NCBI RefSeq assembly: GCF_004010195.1
Contig: NC_057719.1
Coordinates: 73,894,928 to 73,927,420 of the forward strand
Direction of reading: 5' to 3'
Origin: Chiloscyllium plagiosum
Lineage: Eukaryota
Length of the DNA: 32,493 nucleotides
The position numbers and the translations under genes are program-made. The notes beneath the pieces were generated by a model. That model saw nothing but the letters and a program-made list of their open reading frames with translations. It had not been told where the DNA came from and did not search any database. This document shows, in pieces, positions 22,495 to 32,493 of this stretch; the stretch's first letter is position 1, and the number at the start of each line of letters is the position of its first letter.

Positions 22495-22671
22495 GGTCAG
22501 GCAGCATCCAAGGAACAGGAGAATCGACGTTTCGGGCATAAGCCCTTCTTCAGGAAGGCTTATGCCCGGAACGTCGATTCTCCTGTTCCTTGGATGCTGC
22601 CTGACCTGCTGCGCTTTTCCAGCAACACATTTTCAGCTCTGATCTCCAGCATCTGCAGCCCTCACTTTCTC
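22495..22671. mobile_element. Foldback Penelope-like pLTR insertion, family A
   Basis: 13-bp TSD ttaatgctttgaa (22482-22494 and 22672-22684). 50-bp inverted arms at 22495-22544 and 22557-22606 with 1 mismatch. Confidence 0.9.
22526..22553 (-). ncRNA. Minimal type-I hammerhead ribozyme motif
   Basis: Minus strand CUGAAGA-A-GGGC(UUAU)GCCC-GAAACGUC, identical to 4134-4161. Confidence 0.7.
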
Positions 22672-22705
22672 TTAATGCTTTGAACCCAAGGACTCCTCTT
22701 CAGTA

Positions 22706-23444
22706 CGGGTAGTTCTCCTATAACACCATTTTTGCATTCCAGTGAAACTTCACTTAATAGAAAATCGCCTAATTGAAATAATGGGGCCTGTGGGAAAAGT
22801 GGGGTTTGGGGTTGACCAGCAAAAAATATTACTCACGATCAGTCAACAATCACCCAAAGGTCTAATGCAAAGTATAGCACAGCCTGAATGAAGGTTGAAA
22901 TCATATTTATTAATGAAATAAAAGTAAATTTAACACATTACATGGAAAAGCTGTTGTTAATGCAGGGACAGAGGGTCAACACCAGCAGCACCTTCAGGTG
23001 TAGTTGTGATTGCAGAAGTAGATGGCTGTGATTGATCGTATTCTGATTGTTTCTTGGGGGTTGGTTTAGATTGTGGGATATGCAGGTATAAGAACAAATT
23101 AGAAAAGCAAATGGTAACTATAAAGAGTAATGCAGTCCTGCAGGAAGTATACAGGGCTTATACAGGAATTACACAAGAATATTCTTGTCTCAGAGGGGGA
23201 GCAATGAACATTCATTATTTAATGTTTGAGATGAAGCTGCTCAATGTACAGTCGTGTACCTCTCACATACTCTAGCAGCAGCTGACATCACTGCATGCAC
23301 AGAACAAAAGTGTGAAACGATCCCCACTGGAATCATGCTATTGAAAACAGAGGTAAGCATTCTTGAAAATACCATTCCGTAATTCTTCAGTGATATTATA
23401 GCCAAATCGCGCTGCCAAAACATGCTTTATATGAGAACAACCTG
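22706..23444. mobile_element. Non-autonomous Tc1/mariner (pogo/Tigger-like) MITE
   Basis: TA TSD (22704-22705 and 23445-23446). TIR cgggtagttctcctataa versus caggttgttctcatataa (15/18). 739 bp with no transposase frame. Confidence 0.8.
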
Positions 23445-24364
23445 TACTGAAGGGGGCTTGAAAATGATTTTATTTATGTATGTTAGTGACAAAGGGGGGA
23501 GAAGGAGTGTGTAAAACCGATTCTGAGAGTGCCCGGAGCAAAAGACAAAGGGAGTGTTAATCATAGCACAGGAGAGATTGCAATGCTAATTATTTCCCCT
23601 TTTCACCACCCTCCTCACCAGCTAGGGAGGGGAGAAAAACCATACTAGTGTGAAAATCTTCACCAATAAACTATGCCTTAACATGTTGGGACCTGGTGTC
23701 CAAGATGTAGGGGGGTAAGTGGTGGACTGGAATTGACAGATAACTGTTCTGACTTTTAATTTGGGAATTCTCACCATCTCGTTTTCATCTGGTTAGTGGG
23801 AGAATGGGAAATTAAATATTAATAAGGCAAGGCAAGGTTAATTAGTGCATGCCAATACATGCAAACAGGCTACTCACCATTCACTGGCAAGAATCTTGTC
23901 TCGCTGTTCAACTCTTATTTGAAAAACAGGACCTTTTCTCTCTCTTGACATCAAGATGCTCCTCCATGCCATTTTCTCAACTTCTTCAACGATACTCACA
24001 TCATTCGAGGATTGAGAAATTCCTCCCTTTGATTCTATCTCAGAGTTGGAGACATTTTGAAAGGGTTCTCAAAACCAGGTAATTTCCATTAGAGGTTTAA
24101 ACATCTCAGGCATTTCCTGCGTAATCAGGCACATTGGAACTTCAGTATGATTCCAACACAGTCTTCACAATGACTACCTTTCAATTGAACATCTGCATCT
24201 GAAAGGCACTTACCTTGAGTTCAAATTCCATTGCAGCATTTTAACTCCACATTATTATTGTATGAAACGTTGGTGTTGCGATTTTTGCAAAGTTGTAACT
24301 GGCTCCCTATTGTCTTTCAGGAACAGTTACTTGTCATTCTTGCCATAGTCGCCATTCACGTGTA

Positions 24365-24703
24365 TAGTCGCTTAGTGGTTAGAATTACTGCCTCACAGTG
24401 CCAAGGTCCCGGGTTTGATTCCAGCCTTGGGCGACTGTCTGTGTGGTGTTTGCACATCCTCCCTCTCTCTCTGTGGGTTTCCTCTGGGTGCTTTGGTTTC
24501 CTCCCACAATCCAAAGATGTGTAGATTAGGTTGATTGGCCATGCGAAATTGCCCATAGCATCCAAGGACATGTAAATTAGGTGGATTAGCCATGCAAAAT
24601 GCAGGGATAGGGTAAGAGGGTGAGTCAGATGGGATGCTGTTCTGAGAGTTGGTGTGGACTTGTTGGGCTGATGGCCTGTACCCACACTGTAGAGATTCTA
24701 TGA
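24365..24703 (+). mobile_element. HE1-type V-SINE (subfamily with internal repeat)
   Basis: A-box-like cgcttagtggttag, B-box-like gggtttgattcc, V-domain gtgggtttcctctgggtgctttggtttcctcccacaatccaaagatg, CR1-like tail ...cacactgtagagattctatga. Confidence 0.9.
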
Positions 24704-25042
24704 AATTCTTACTTGATCTGGTCTAGGTGTGACTGCAGTGACATATTAATATATTTGAATATAGGCTGCACAATAAAGTGCACAAACCACACAATTGGAT
24801 CAATTTGTGACAGATGAGGGCAAGCAATTTCTCAAGCCAAATAGGGATGAGCAATTAGTGCCAAAATTGCCAGTGATAAAAACTGACTAAGACAATTAAC
24901 TTCAATGGCTGTGATGCATTATTGGCACAATATAAACTTATATGTCTTGATTAACTAGGGTGACACAGTTTGTTTTTTCTTCTATTTTGTAAATTTTCCA
25001 GATGATTATTTTAATCTTCATTAAGATAGATTGACCACAAAA

Positions 25043-25258
25043 CAAAGTAGGCAAAAGTGAGGACTGCAGATCTTGGAGATTCGAATCGAGAGTGTGGCAC
25101 TGGAAAAGCACAGCAGGTCAGGCAGCATCCGAGGAGCAGGAGGATCAATGTTTTGGGCAAACACCCTTCATTCCTGATGAAGGGCTTTTGCCTGAAACAT
25201 CGATTCTCCTGCTCCTCGGATGCTGCCTGATCTGCTGTGCTTTTCCAGCACCATACTC
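25043..25258. mobile_element. Foldback Penelope-like pLTR insertion, family A
   Basis: 12-bp TSD ttgaccacaaaa (25031-25042 and 25259-25270). The inverted arms meet at cccttcattcctgatgaaggg. Confidence 0.9.
25174..25201 (+). ncRNA. Minimal hammerhead motif, partly decayed
   Basis: CUGAUGA-A-GGGC(UUUU)GCCU-GAAACAUC, with CpG-type substitutions in helices II and III. Confidence 0.45.
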
Positions 25259-25328
25259 TTGACCACAAAAGTACGCCAGATCTGAGTTTAATCCCCAAGC
25301 AAGAGACATTTGCTGCTTCATTTGGATG

Positions 25329-25451
25329 CCTGATGAAGGGCTTATGCCCAAAACATCGATTCTCCTGCTCCTCAGATGCTGCCTGACCTGCTGTGCCTTT
25401 CCAGTGCCACACAGTTTGACTCTGATCTCCAGCATCTGCAGTTCTCACTTC
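25329..25451 (+). mobile_element. Penelope-like pLTR copy, family A
   Basis: It starts exactly at cctgatgaagggcttatgccc and runs to ctccagcatctgcagttctcactt. The GAAA box is mutated to AAAA. Confidence 0.8.
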
Positions 25452-26416
25452 TTCCCAGCCATTTTAAGTGTCAATCAGGCACTTGGGTGACCTGTGATGG
25501 TCCTTCTATTGGATCAAGGACCCCTGGTGGCCAACAGCTCTCCATTGCAGTAATGCACCTACCGGAGACCCAGGACCAGTGAGGAACCCAAGGCCAGTTT
25601 GGGGATTCTACCGTGGGGTTTTTTGGGAGAGTGGATGAAGATGGATCTTGCTCAGACGGACACCACCGCCCCCTCTCATTCTCAGCTAGGAGCATTGATC
25701 AGGCACTGACTGCTTGACAATGAGGGGCAAACCCCTCTCCATGGAAAAAAAACTACTTCAAATTAGGAACAGTGGAACAACTTGTGTCCTACCAGTTCAC
25801 AGTCTCGACGTATTGTTGCTCTTAAGCACTATGGTCATGACGGGAAGTATTTTTGTATTAATATGATTTTTATGTTTTTTCTGCAGCTTAATCTTTTGCA
25901 TCAGACTTGCCCTAGTTGTTCTGTGTAATAATACCGTACATAAATGCATTAAAATTGCAGGGCAGACTTTTCTCCTAACTCTCTAGGATGTGAAGAATCA
26001 CCTGGAGGGATTCCCATCCAACTTCCTGTCAATTTAACTGAATGGCTGGAAAATCTGAAGGGCTTTGTCCTATGCATTGTGATTTTCCTCTTTACACTGT
26101 GATCACGTAGTCCTTTACACCTGAACACAGTGCCAGGAAAATCAGCTCCTGGCATCAGCTCAGTATTTCTTGTAAAAAGTTTGAATAGGTTCTTTATTTA
26201 CAATGCATTCACAAATTTGCTGGAAATACTGAAGAAAGGAACTCTTCAAAAATGCAGTTATAACATTGGGGTAAATGAAGAGGCTGTATGTTTAATTTTA
26301 CATGTATATACACAAAGACCAACATTTTGGAAGTCTGATAGAATTTGGACAATTTTTCTCAGACTAATTGAATGCATAAGACTTGAATCCAACTTACGCA
26401 GATTTTATGGTAATCA

Positions 26417-26498
26417 ATGCAAAATACTGCAGACACTGGAAATCTGAAACAAACACAGAGAATACTGGAGAATCTCAGCAGGTCTGGCAGCATCTATA
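26417..26498 (-). mobile_element. Penelope-like family B 3' fragment
   Basis: aatactgcagacactggaaatctgaaacaaacacagag...ctcagcaggtctggcagcatct. Confidence 0.65.
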
Positions 26499-26504
26499 AA
26501 GATC

Positions 26505-26770
26505 GCCATAGTTTTAGGATAAGGGGTAACAGATTTAAAACAGATGAGGAGAATTGCTCCTGTCAACAGTTCATGACTCTGCAGAATTCACTGCCCCAGA
26601 ATGCCACGAATTGAGTATAGTTAAGGGGAGACAGATTTTAATTATTAATGGGTTCAAGTGTTATGGGAAGCAGGCAGGAAGATAGAATTGAGGCTGAGAT
26701 GAGATCAGCCATTATGGTATTGAATAGTGCGGCAGGCTTGAAAGGCTGAATTGCTGAATTGAATTAAGAA
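26505..26770 (+). mobile_element. CR1 3' fragment
   Basis: HSFRIRGNRFKT...NSLPQ, then UTR agatcagccattatggtattgaatagtg...ggctgaat. Confidence 0.7.
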
Positions 26771-26959
26771 CATAGTTGTTATGTTCTTAACATTTTGAAT
26801 CTAGTATGACTATTTTTCGGAACCGATTTTGCATCAATGTGAAGAGATCCCCTTCGTCAACCCCTCTCCTCCCTTGTCCAGCTGGGTAGGACAGTCCATA
26901 AAAAAAGATTGTGCCCATTCCTGTATATCCCTGCCAAAGACAGAGATTTATATGCAATG

Positions 26960-27202
26960 GCCTTGTCTTTCCTCTCCCCACTCCAATATCGCTGCAGTCT
27001 CCCATATATCCAAACTTGATACACCCTCATTCCTCATTCTCATACTGCCCCTTGGTGACATCCTCCAAGAGCATATTACGTTGCTCTCCATTTCCCAAAC
27101 AACCATCCTGATCTCTCCCATGCTACTTGTCCATCGTCCAGTATTGGATGAGCAGGAATTTCCTTTCATTAATCATTTGAAACCCCGAAGCTGTTGTCTT
27201 CA
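26960..27202 (+). mobile_element. L2-like RT remnant
   Basis: FLILILPLGDILQEH and QYWMSRNFL...PEAVVF resemble L2 RT (LFxIYxLPLGxII; WMxxNFLxLNxxKTE). Confidence 0.5.
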
Positions 27203-28964
27203 ATGTTTCATACCTTTATGATTATGCATAAACAAATTACAGAAATAATGGCGTTGTTGACTATTGCTTCTGCAGTGCAAGATACAAGGTCTGATGGTTT
27301 TAAATATTCCCATTGTTTAAGCTAATACCGGGTTCAATGTGGAGTTTAATATTAACTTCTTTCTACTCCCTTGACCCCTCATTGTCCTGCATATATTTCT
27401 CACAAATGACCATTAACAATGCTGTAAACAATAAAATAAAAGCTGTTTATTAACAATCAGAGTTCTTATGCAATATATTCATTTAAAAATCAGGGAGAAG
27501 TTATTGGCCCTAGGTACTTACCTGGTTTCCAAGATTCCCCTCAGCTACATTCCTTATAATTATAACACATTGAAATACAATAGAACCTTGAAACACAGTT
27601 TCCACACCACACCTGCAACACATTTCGACAATTTTTATCTCTTGCATCTGTTAGCTGAAGGTCCTCAAAAGACATATGTGATTCTTATGAGAAATAAATT
27701 GTTAATTGAATGTAATAATTGACTCTGTATTGCCTTTCATAATTCTTTACAAAAACATTGCTTACTTTTAATTTCCTGAAGCGAGTTATCCTTTTATATC
27801 ATGGTTTGCAGCAGAGTGTCATGGTGAAGACCTTTGTTTAAAAACAGGAATGATAAGCTATTACACAAACCAAATCATGGTCCTTCAAATGCTCACCCGA
27901 CATGTAATTCCAGTGCAGAATTTGAAATCTGAGATGAGACCTCAAACCTGGAATGGATGGCTTACAGGCAGATGAGAGTCAAGTTGGGCAGCAAACCTTC
28001 CACCCAAACTCAATGGGAGGTGAGAGTTGGCTGGCATGTTGGGGAGGTGTAGGGCACTGCAGGATCTTGGACGGCAAAGGTACCATATCCAAAATAAAAC
28101 CCATGGAACTCAGGTAAGGGAAGAGGGTCCAGGAAGGCCACTAACACTGAAGGAAGCATAATGCATTGCCAAAGAGACAAAGGTTCCTTGTCCTGCTCCT
28201 CAGCTTCTTGATGATGCTCAGAAGGAAAGGTTATCTCTGATACCTGATGCCTCTGCTTCCTTTTCTACTGAATTTAGCCTGGAAGGTAAGACACAATATG
28301 ATCAATGCAGATATGTCCTGTGAACCATTTTAACCATCCACCCACACAATTTTCAGCAGTTGGAGTGATTTAAATTTCATTCTATACTACCATCAACTTA
28401 AGTGTTTCACTTTTCAAAAAGAATGTAGCAATTGTTTGATTGTTCTACTGATATTACTATCTCTGTAATATGCATATTAGAGTTAGTCAGTGTCTGATAT
28501 ATCCTCAGATAAACCAGCTTCAGACAAAATTAAAAGTCTGAATGTTAAACTACAAAACAGAAATAGATGTTTTATGGCAGAAATACTCCCCTCTGCTGCA
28601 ACATCTCAAAACAAGCAGTGGGATAAGTATTTGCCAATATCCCATTGTGTATTGCCATATGGGGTGGAGTGTAACTTTTTTTCAAGTGGAGAGGAATACA
28701 TGATCCAAATCAGATGTGTTCCTTACAGTGGTAAGAACTACATAGGCTTCTCAAATGCAAGATCTGAATCGTTTATTTTCAGAAATGACTTTCAAAGTTA
28801 CTAATTAATTTTAAAAGGTCCCTTTGGTACCAAAAGTCTCATATAAAAATTTACTCCAAGCTTACACACCTTATTGATCAAAATGTCATGGGGCCAAGAA
28901 AGTAAATTAGCATAATGCAATTTGGCAAAAAAACATACAACCTTGTTTTTAGTATATAGGTTTT

Positions 28965-29295
28965 ATCAATTCACTTAATTCCATGTGATATGAAGAAATA
29001 GCTCAAGGCATTGGTTACCGCGAAGGCTATGAGCCCTGATCATATTCTGGCAACAATAGTGAAAACGTGGTCCAGAACTAGCTGCGTCCCCAGTCAAGCT
29101 GTGTCAGTTCTGCTACAACAGCTGACAATGTGGATAAGGTATGAGCACAAATGACCTGTGCACAAAAAGCAGCACAAATCCAACACAACCAATTACTACC
29201 TGTCTACAGTCCATCATCAGTCAAGTGATGGAAAGGGTTATCCACAGTGCTACCAAATGGAACTTGCAAAAGAACAACCTGTCTACCAATGCATG
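28965..29295 (+). mobile_element. CR1-clade RT N-terminal remnant
   Basis: LKALVTAKAMSPDHI...PELA...VHKKQHKSNTTNYY...QVMERVI (KAxGPD and HKKxDKSNPANYRPISL motifs). Confidence 0.7.
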
Positions 29296-29923
29296 TTGCT
29301 ATTTTCCATGTTACTACTAAACCAATATATTGGCCTGAAATGTCACAAAGATAGGCTCTTTTTTCTTAACAAAAATGAACCAGAAGACCTGCATCAAACA
29401 CAGGTCAGGGGGGAACTCAGTGTGGCTTATCATCTGGACATCAGTAATTCATGGAGGCCCCAGCACATGTTAAAGTATGACTGCTTCAATCTGATCTGAT
29501 TTTCATCAGGGGGCTGTCTGAAACATGACCTGTGCACTTGGACCTGTGTAGGACAAAGTCTAATGTTACTAGAGTTTTTTGGAATGATATGATACTCATT
29601 TGGAGAGGTAAAGTACATATTTGAATAGGGTCCCAGAATATTTTTTGGTCCGGTCAGGTGCCTTTGGGATTGATGAAAGCAAACATGAGTGAATACAAAA
29701 GAAATTGCATAAACTCTTTGGAGCTATCAATGGGGCTTTTAAAAGAGCAATCAATCAATCTGTCAATGTTTCTGCATTTGGATTTTGTGCTCGCTACATA
29801 TTTTAGAAGAATTCTCTACAGTCTAGAAGTAAAAGATCAGTTTTACTTGCAATTTAACTCTGTCTGTTGACATAAGACTGAGCTCTATTGGGACAGGATT
29901 AATGCTGTATGACTGATTGAGTA

Positions 29924-30075
29924 GAAAAATGTGTTGCTGGAAAAGCCCTTCTTCGGCTTATGCCTGAAATGTCGATTCCTCTGCTCCTTGGATGCTGCCT
30001 GACCTGCTGCGCTTTTCCAGCAACACATTTTTCAGCTCTGATCTCCAGAATCTGCAGTCCTCACTTTTTCCCTCC
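29924..30075. mobile_element. Rearranged foldback Penelope-like pLTR insertion, family A
   Basis: 14-bp TSD tgactgattgagta (29910-29923 and 30076-30089). Short antisense pieces gaaaaatgtgttgctggaaaagc and cccttcttc precede a sense arm starting ggcttatgcc. Confidence 0.9.
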
Positions 30076-31009
30076 TGACTGATTGAGTAACCTTTCACTC
30101 TCACAATGGTGCGGTTTTCAATTCACAGTTTGACAAACATTTTAAGATGGTTATGAATTCTTTTAAGTTGGACTATGAATAACATAGGTTGAATTTGTGA
30201 GGGAGTAAAGGAAGCTAAATTTAGTTAACAGGTTTTAAATCAATCGAAGGATTTCTATTTTAAAATAGTAAATTCATCAATATGGACTTTAAAATTTTAT
30301 TAAATTTCAGCATTTATCCTAAGTTCTGCCCCTGATTGGTACTGGATGATTTGATGTGGTACATCTAAGAGAAAAGAGTAATGTGTGGTGGCCAGTGCTT
30401 TTCTGAGTTGGCATTAAGTTGGCATGGAAAACTAAAGGTGATGGTGTAAGTACAGGGTTATGAGGAGCCCTGGAGAGGGTTCTGCAAATGTATAAGTTGG
30501 CATGGAGGGCAGAGGGGTCCATGCATGGGTGGGGATAACATAAAGTGACATGGGTTGGCACGATGGGACATGGGGAGTGTACGGTGGGGATGAAGTGGCA
30601 TGAAGGTTTAAGGATGAAGGCCTTTTTTTTTGTTTTATTCCTTCTCTCACATCTGTAACAAAATATTGGAGCATAGAGGCAGGCCCTCTGGCAGCCTGCC
30701 TATGCTCCCAGCAGCCTCCACACTGTTTCTGGAGTCAACTGCCAAGACTCACATTTTTTATCCAGTACTACCCTGGAATGAAAATGTGACCTTCCAGACA
30801 GTTTCTCCTGGGATGGTCATGCTGAACTGTGAATTGTTCTGATTCTGCACTGCTGATACAGAGCAAAACGTCAGACCATATTACTCAATATAATACTACA
30901 GGGTAAAAGTGAATAAACGCCAGGGTCTTTATTTCCATAATAATTAGACCCTAGCTCTTTACCAATAATGAAACTATTTACAAATATAACACTTTCTGAG
31001 AGAGATATA

Positions 31010-31570
31010 TTCTTCCTTAGGTAAGGAGACTAAACTCTGCAAGATACAATATGGTCTCACCTAGGCCCCACATACTTGAACTCCTACTTCCTTAAACATA
31101 TTGCAATTCCTTTGTCATAGAAACCAATATATAATTTGCTTTCCCAATTGATTGTTATTCCTGCATAATAATATTCTGTGGTCAGTATGCAAAGATACCC
31201 AGATATTTTTAATTTATAAAATATTCTGTTTTTCTATTTTTCCCACTTAGGTTTGTGAATTTACTCTTCTCCACATTATATTCTATCAGTCCACTCACCT
31301 AACCTTTATTAGGAATTATATAATGGTATCATCAGCAAACTTGGTTACATTCCATTCAGTACCTTTACTTAATTCATTGGCGTAGGTTGTAAATAGTTAA
31401 GACCCAAGCACTGATATGGCCCACAATGTAATTATAGCTTACCAGCCTGAAAGTGCTTAATTTATTCATATTCTCTGTTTTCTGTCTGGTAACCAATCAT
31501 CAATCTGTCATAATTATTACCCTAAGTCCCTGAGTCCTAATTTTGTGTAATAATTACACTACACCCAACC
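31010..31570 (-). mobile_element. Old CR1 RT remnant
   Basis: Reverse complement of 31325-31342 encodes KFADDT, and SVLGS.LFT lies nearby. Confidence 0.6.
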
Positions 31571-31599
31571 TTCTTTTAACCTCCAAGTACTCAAACAAA

Positions 31600-31743
31600 T
31601 TTATTTTTATTCATTCATACATTGGATGTAGGAATGGTTGGTTAGGCCAGCATTCATTACCCATCCCTAATTGCTAGGAGTCCACCCTATTGCTGTGGAT
31701 CTAAAGTTACATGCAGGTCATACCACACAAGGATAACAGATTT
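31600..31743 (-). mobile_element. 3' part of a second-family SINE, interrupted by CR1
   Basis: ggccagcattcattacccatccctaattgc...attgctgtggatctaaagttacatgcagg, homologous to 18140-18270. Confidence 0.6.
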
Positions 31744-32493
31744 TAGAACATAGAACATAGAACAGTACAGCACAGAACAGGCCCTTCAGCCCATGATGTT
31801 GTGCCGACCACTGATCCTCATATATGCACCCTCAAATTTCTGTGACCATATACATGTCAAGTAGTCTCTTAAATGTCCCCAATGACCTTGCTTCCACAAC
31901 TGCTGCTGGCAACGCATTCCATGCTCTCCAACTCTTTGTGTAAAGAACCCACCTCTGACATCCCCTCTATACTTTCCTCCAACCAGCTTAAAACTATGAC
32001 CCCTCATGTTAGTCATTTCTGCCCTGGGAAATAGTCTCTGGCTATCAACTCTATCTATGCCTCTCATTATCTTGTATACCTCAGTGAGGTGCCCTCTCCT
32101 CCTCCTTTTCTCCAATGAAAAAGGTCCAAGCTCAATCAACCTCTCTTCATAAGATAAGCCCTCCAGTCCAGGCAGCATCCTGGTAAACCTCCTCTGAACC
32201 TTCTCCAAAGCATCCACATCTTTCCTACAATAGGGCCACCAGAACTGGACTCAGTATTCCAAGTGCGGTCTAACCAAAGTTTTATAGAGCTGCAACAAGA
32301 TCTCACGACTCTTAAACACAATCTCCCTGTTAATGAAAGCCAAAATACCATATGCTTTCTTAACAACCCTGTCCACTTGGATGGCCATTTTAAGGGATCT
32401 ATGTACCTGCACACCAAGATCCCTCTGTTCCTCCACACTGCCAAAAATCCTATTCTTAATCCTGTACTCAGCTTTCAAATTCGACCTTCCAAA
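31744..32493 (-). mobile_element. CR1 LINE 3' portion, frameshifted, running off the window end
   Basis: EQRDLGVQVHRSLK...LYKTLVRPHLEY and ALEKVQRRFTRMLPGLEGLSYEERL...RGHLTEVYKIMRG, with a (tagaaca)n tail at 31744-31764. Confidence 0.95.

Larger units (their letters stand above)
22395..23590 (-). mobile_element. Old Penelope-like family B remnant hosting two insertions
   Basis: aaagcaaactactgtgga...gagagaaacagagttaatgctttgaa|cccaaggactcctcttcag|ta|ctgaag...caaaagacaaagggagtgt. The decayed antisense HHR is split by the insertions. Confidence 0.55.

Noticed and set aside
24365..24430. tRNA gene
   Set aside because: The A/B boxes belong to an HE1 SINE head. There is no complete cloverleaf and it continues into the V-domain.
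25518..25533. Second CTCF-like motif (TGGCCACCAGGGGTCC on the minus strand)
   Set aside because: It mismatches a highly conserved G of the core and lies in probable repeat-derived sequence.
25870..25930. Strong splice-acceptor-like tract (ttttttctgcag) followed by LNLLHQTCPSCSV*
   Set aside because: No recognisable protein, partner exon or donor site. It cannot be supported without RNA-seq.
26095..26132. CACTGTG-24 bp-CACAGTG, resembling an Ig/TCR D segment between RSS heptamers
   Set aside because: There is no acceptable nonamer at 12 or 22/23 bp on either side, and no V, J or C segments in the window.

Overview
This is a repeat-dense, non-coding (intergenic or intronic) stretch of a cartilaginous-fish genome. 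HE1/V-SINEs with CR1/HER1-type tails point to a shark, plausibly a carpet or bamboo shark (inference). No host exon, RNA gene or intact transposon ORF could be supported; the ORF track consists of chance ORFs, decayed LINE/Penelope frames and ORFs running through a 475-N gap. Identified elements are several CR1 LINE fragments (ORF1 esterase, RT and 3' ends), L2 remnants, three HE1/V-SINEs, a second tRNA-SINE family, a solo LTR, a TA-flanked Tc1/mariner-pogo type MITE and a Penelope-like (PLE) 3' end with GIY-YIG C-terminus. The most striking signal is a swarm of about 13 mostly short (75-220 bp) PLE pLTR-derived insertions in two families, most carrying a minimal type-I hammerhead ribozyme (HHR) motif or its remnant. 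Most have clear target-site duplications (6-15 bp, one of 113 bp). Six are head-to-head foldbacks whose inversion point lies at the CUGANGA core, four of them with visible microhomology. Boundaries of old elements are approximate, and family assignments come from recalled motifs, not database searches.
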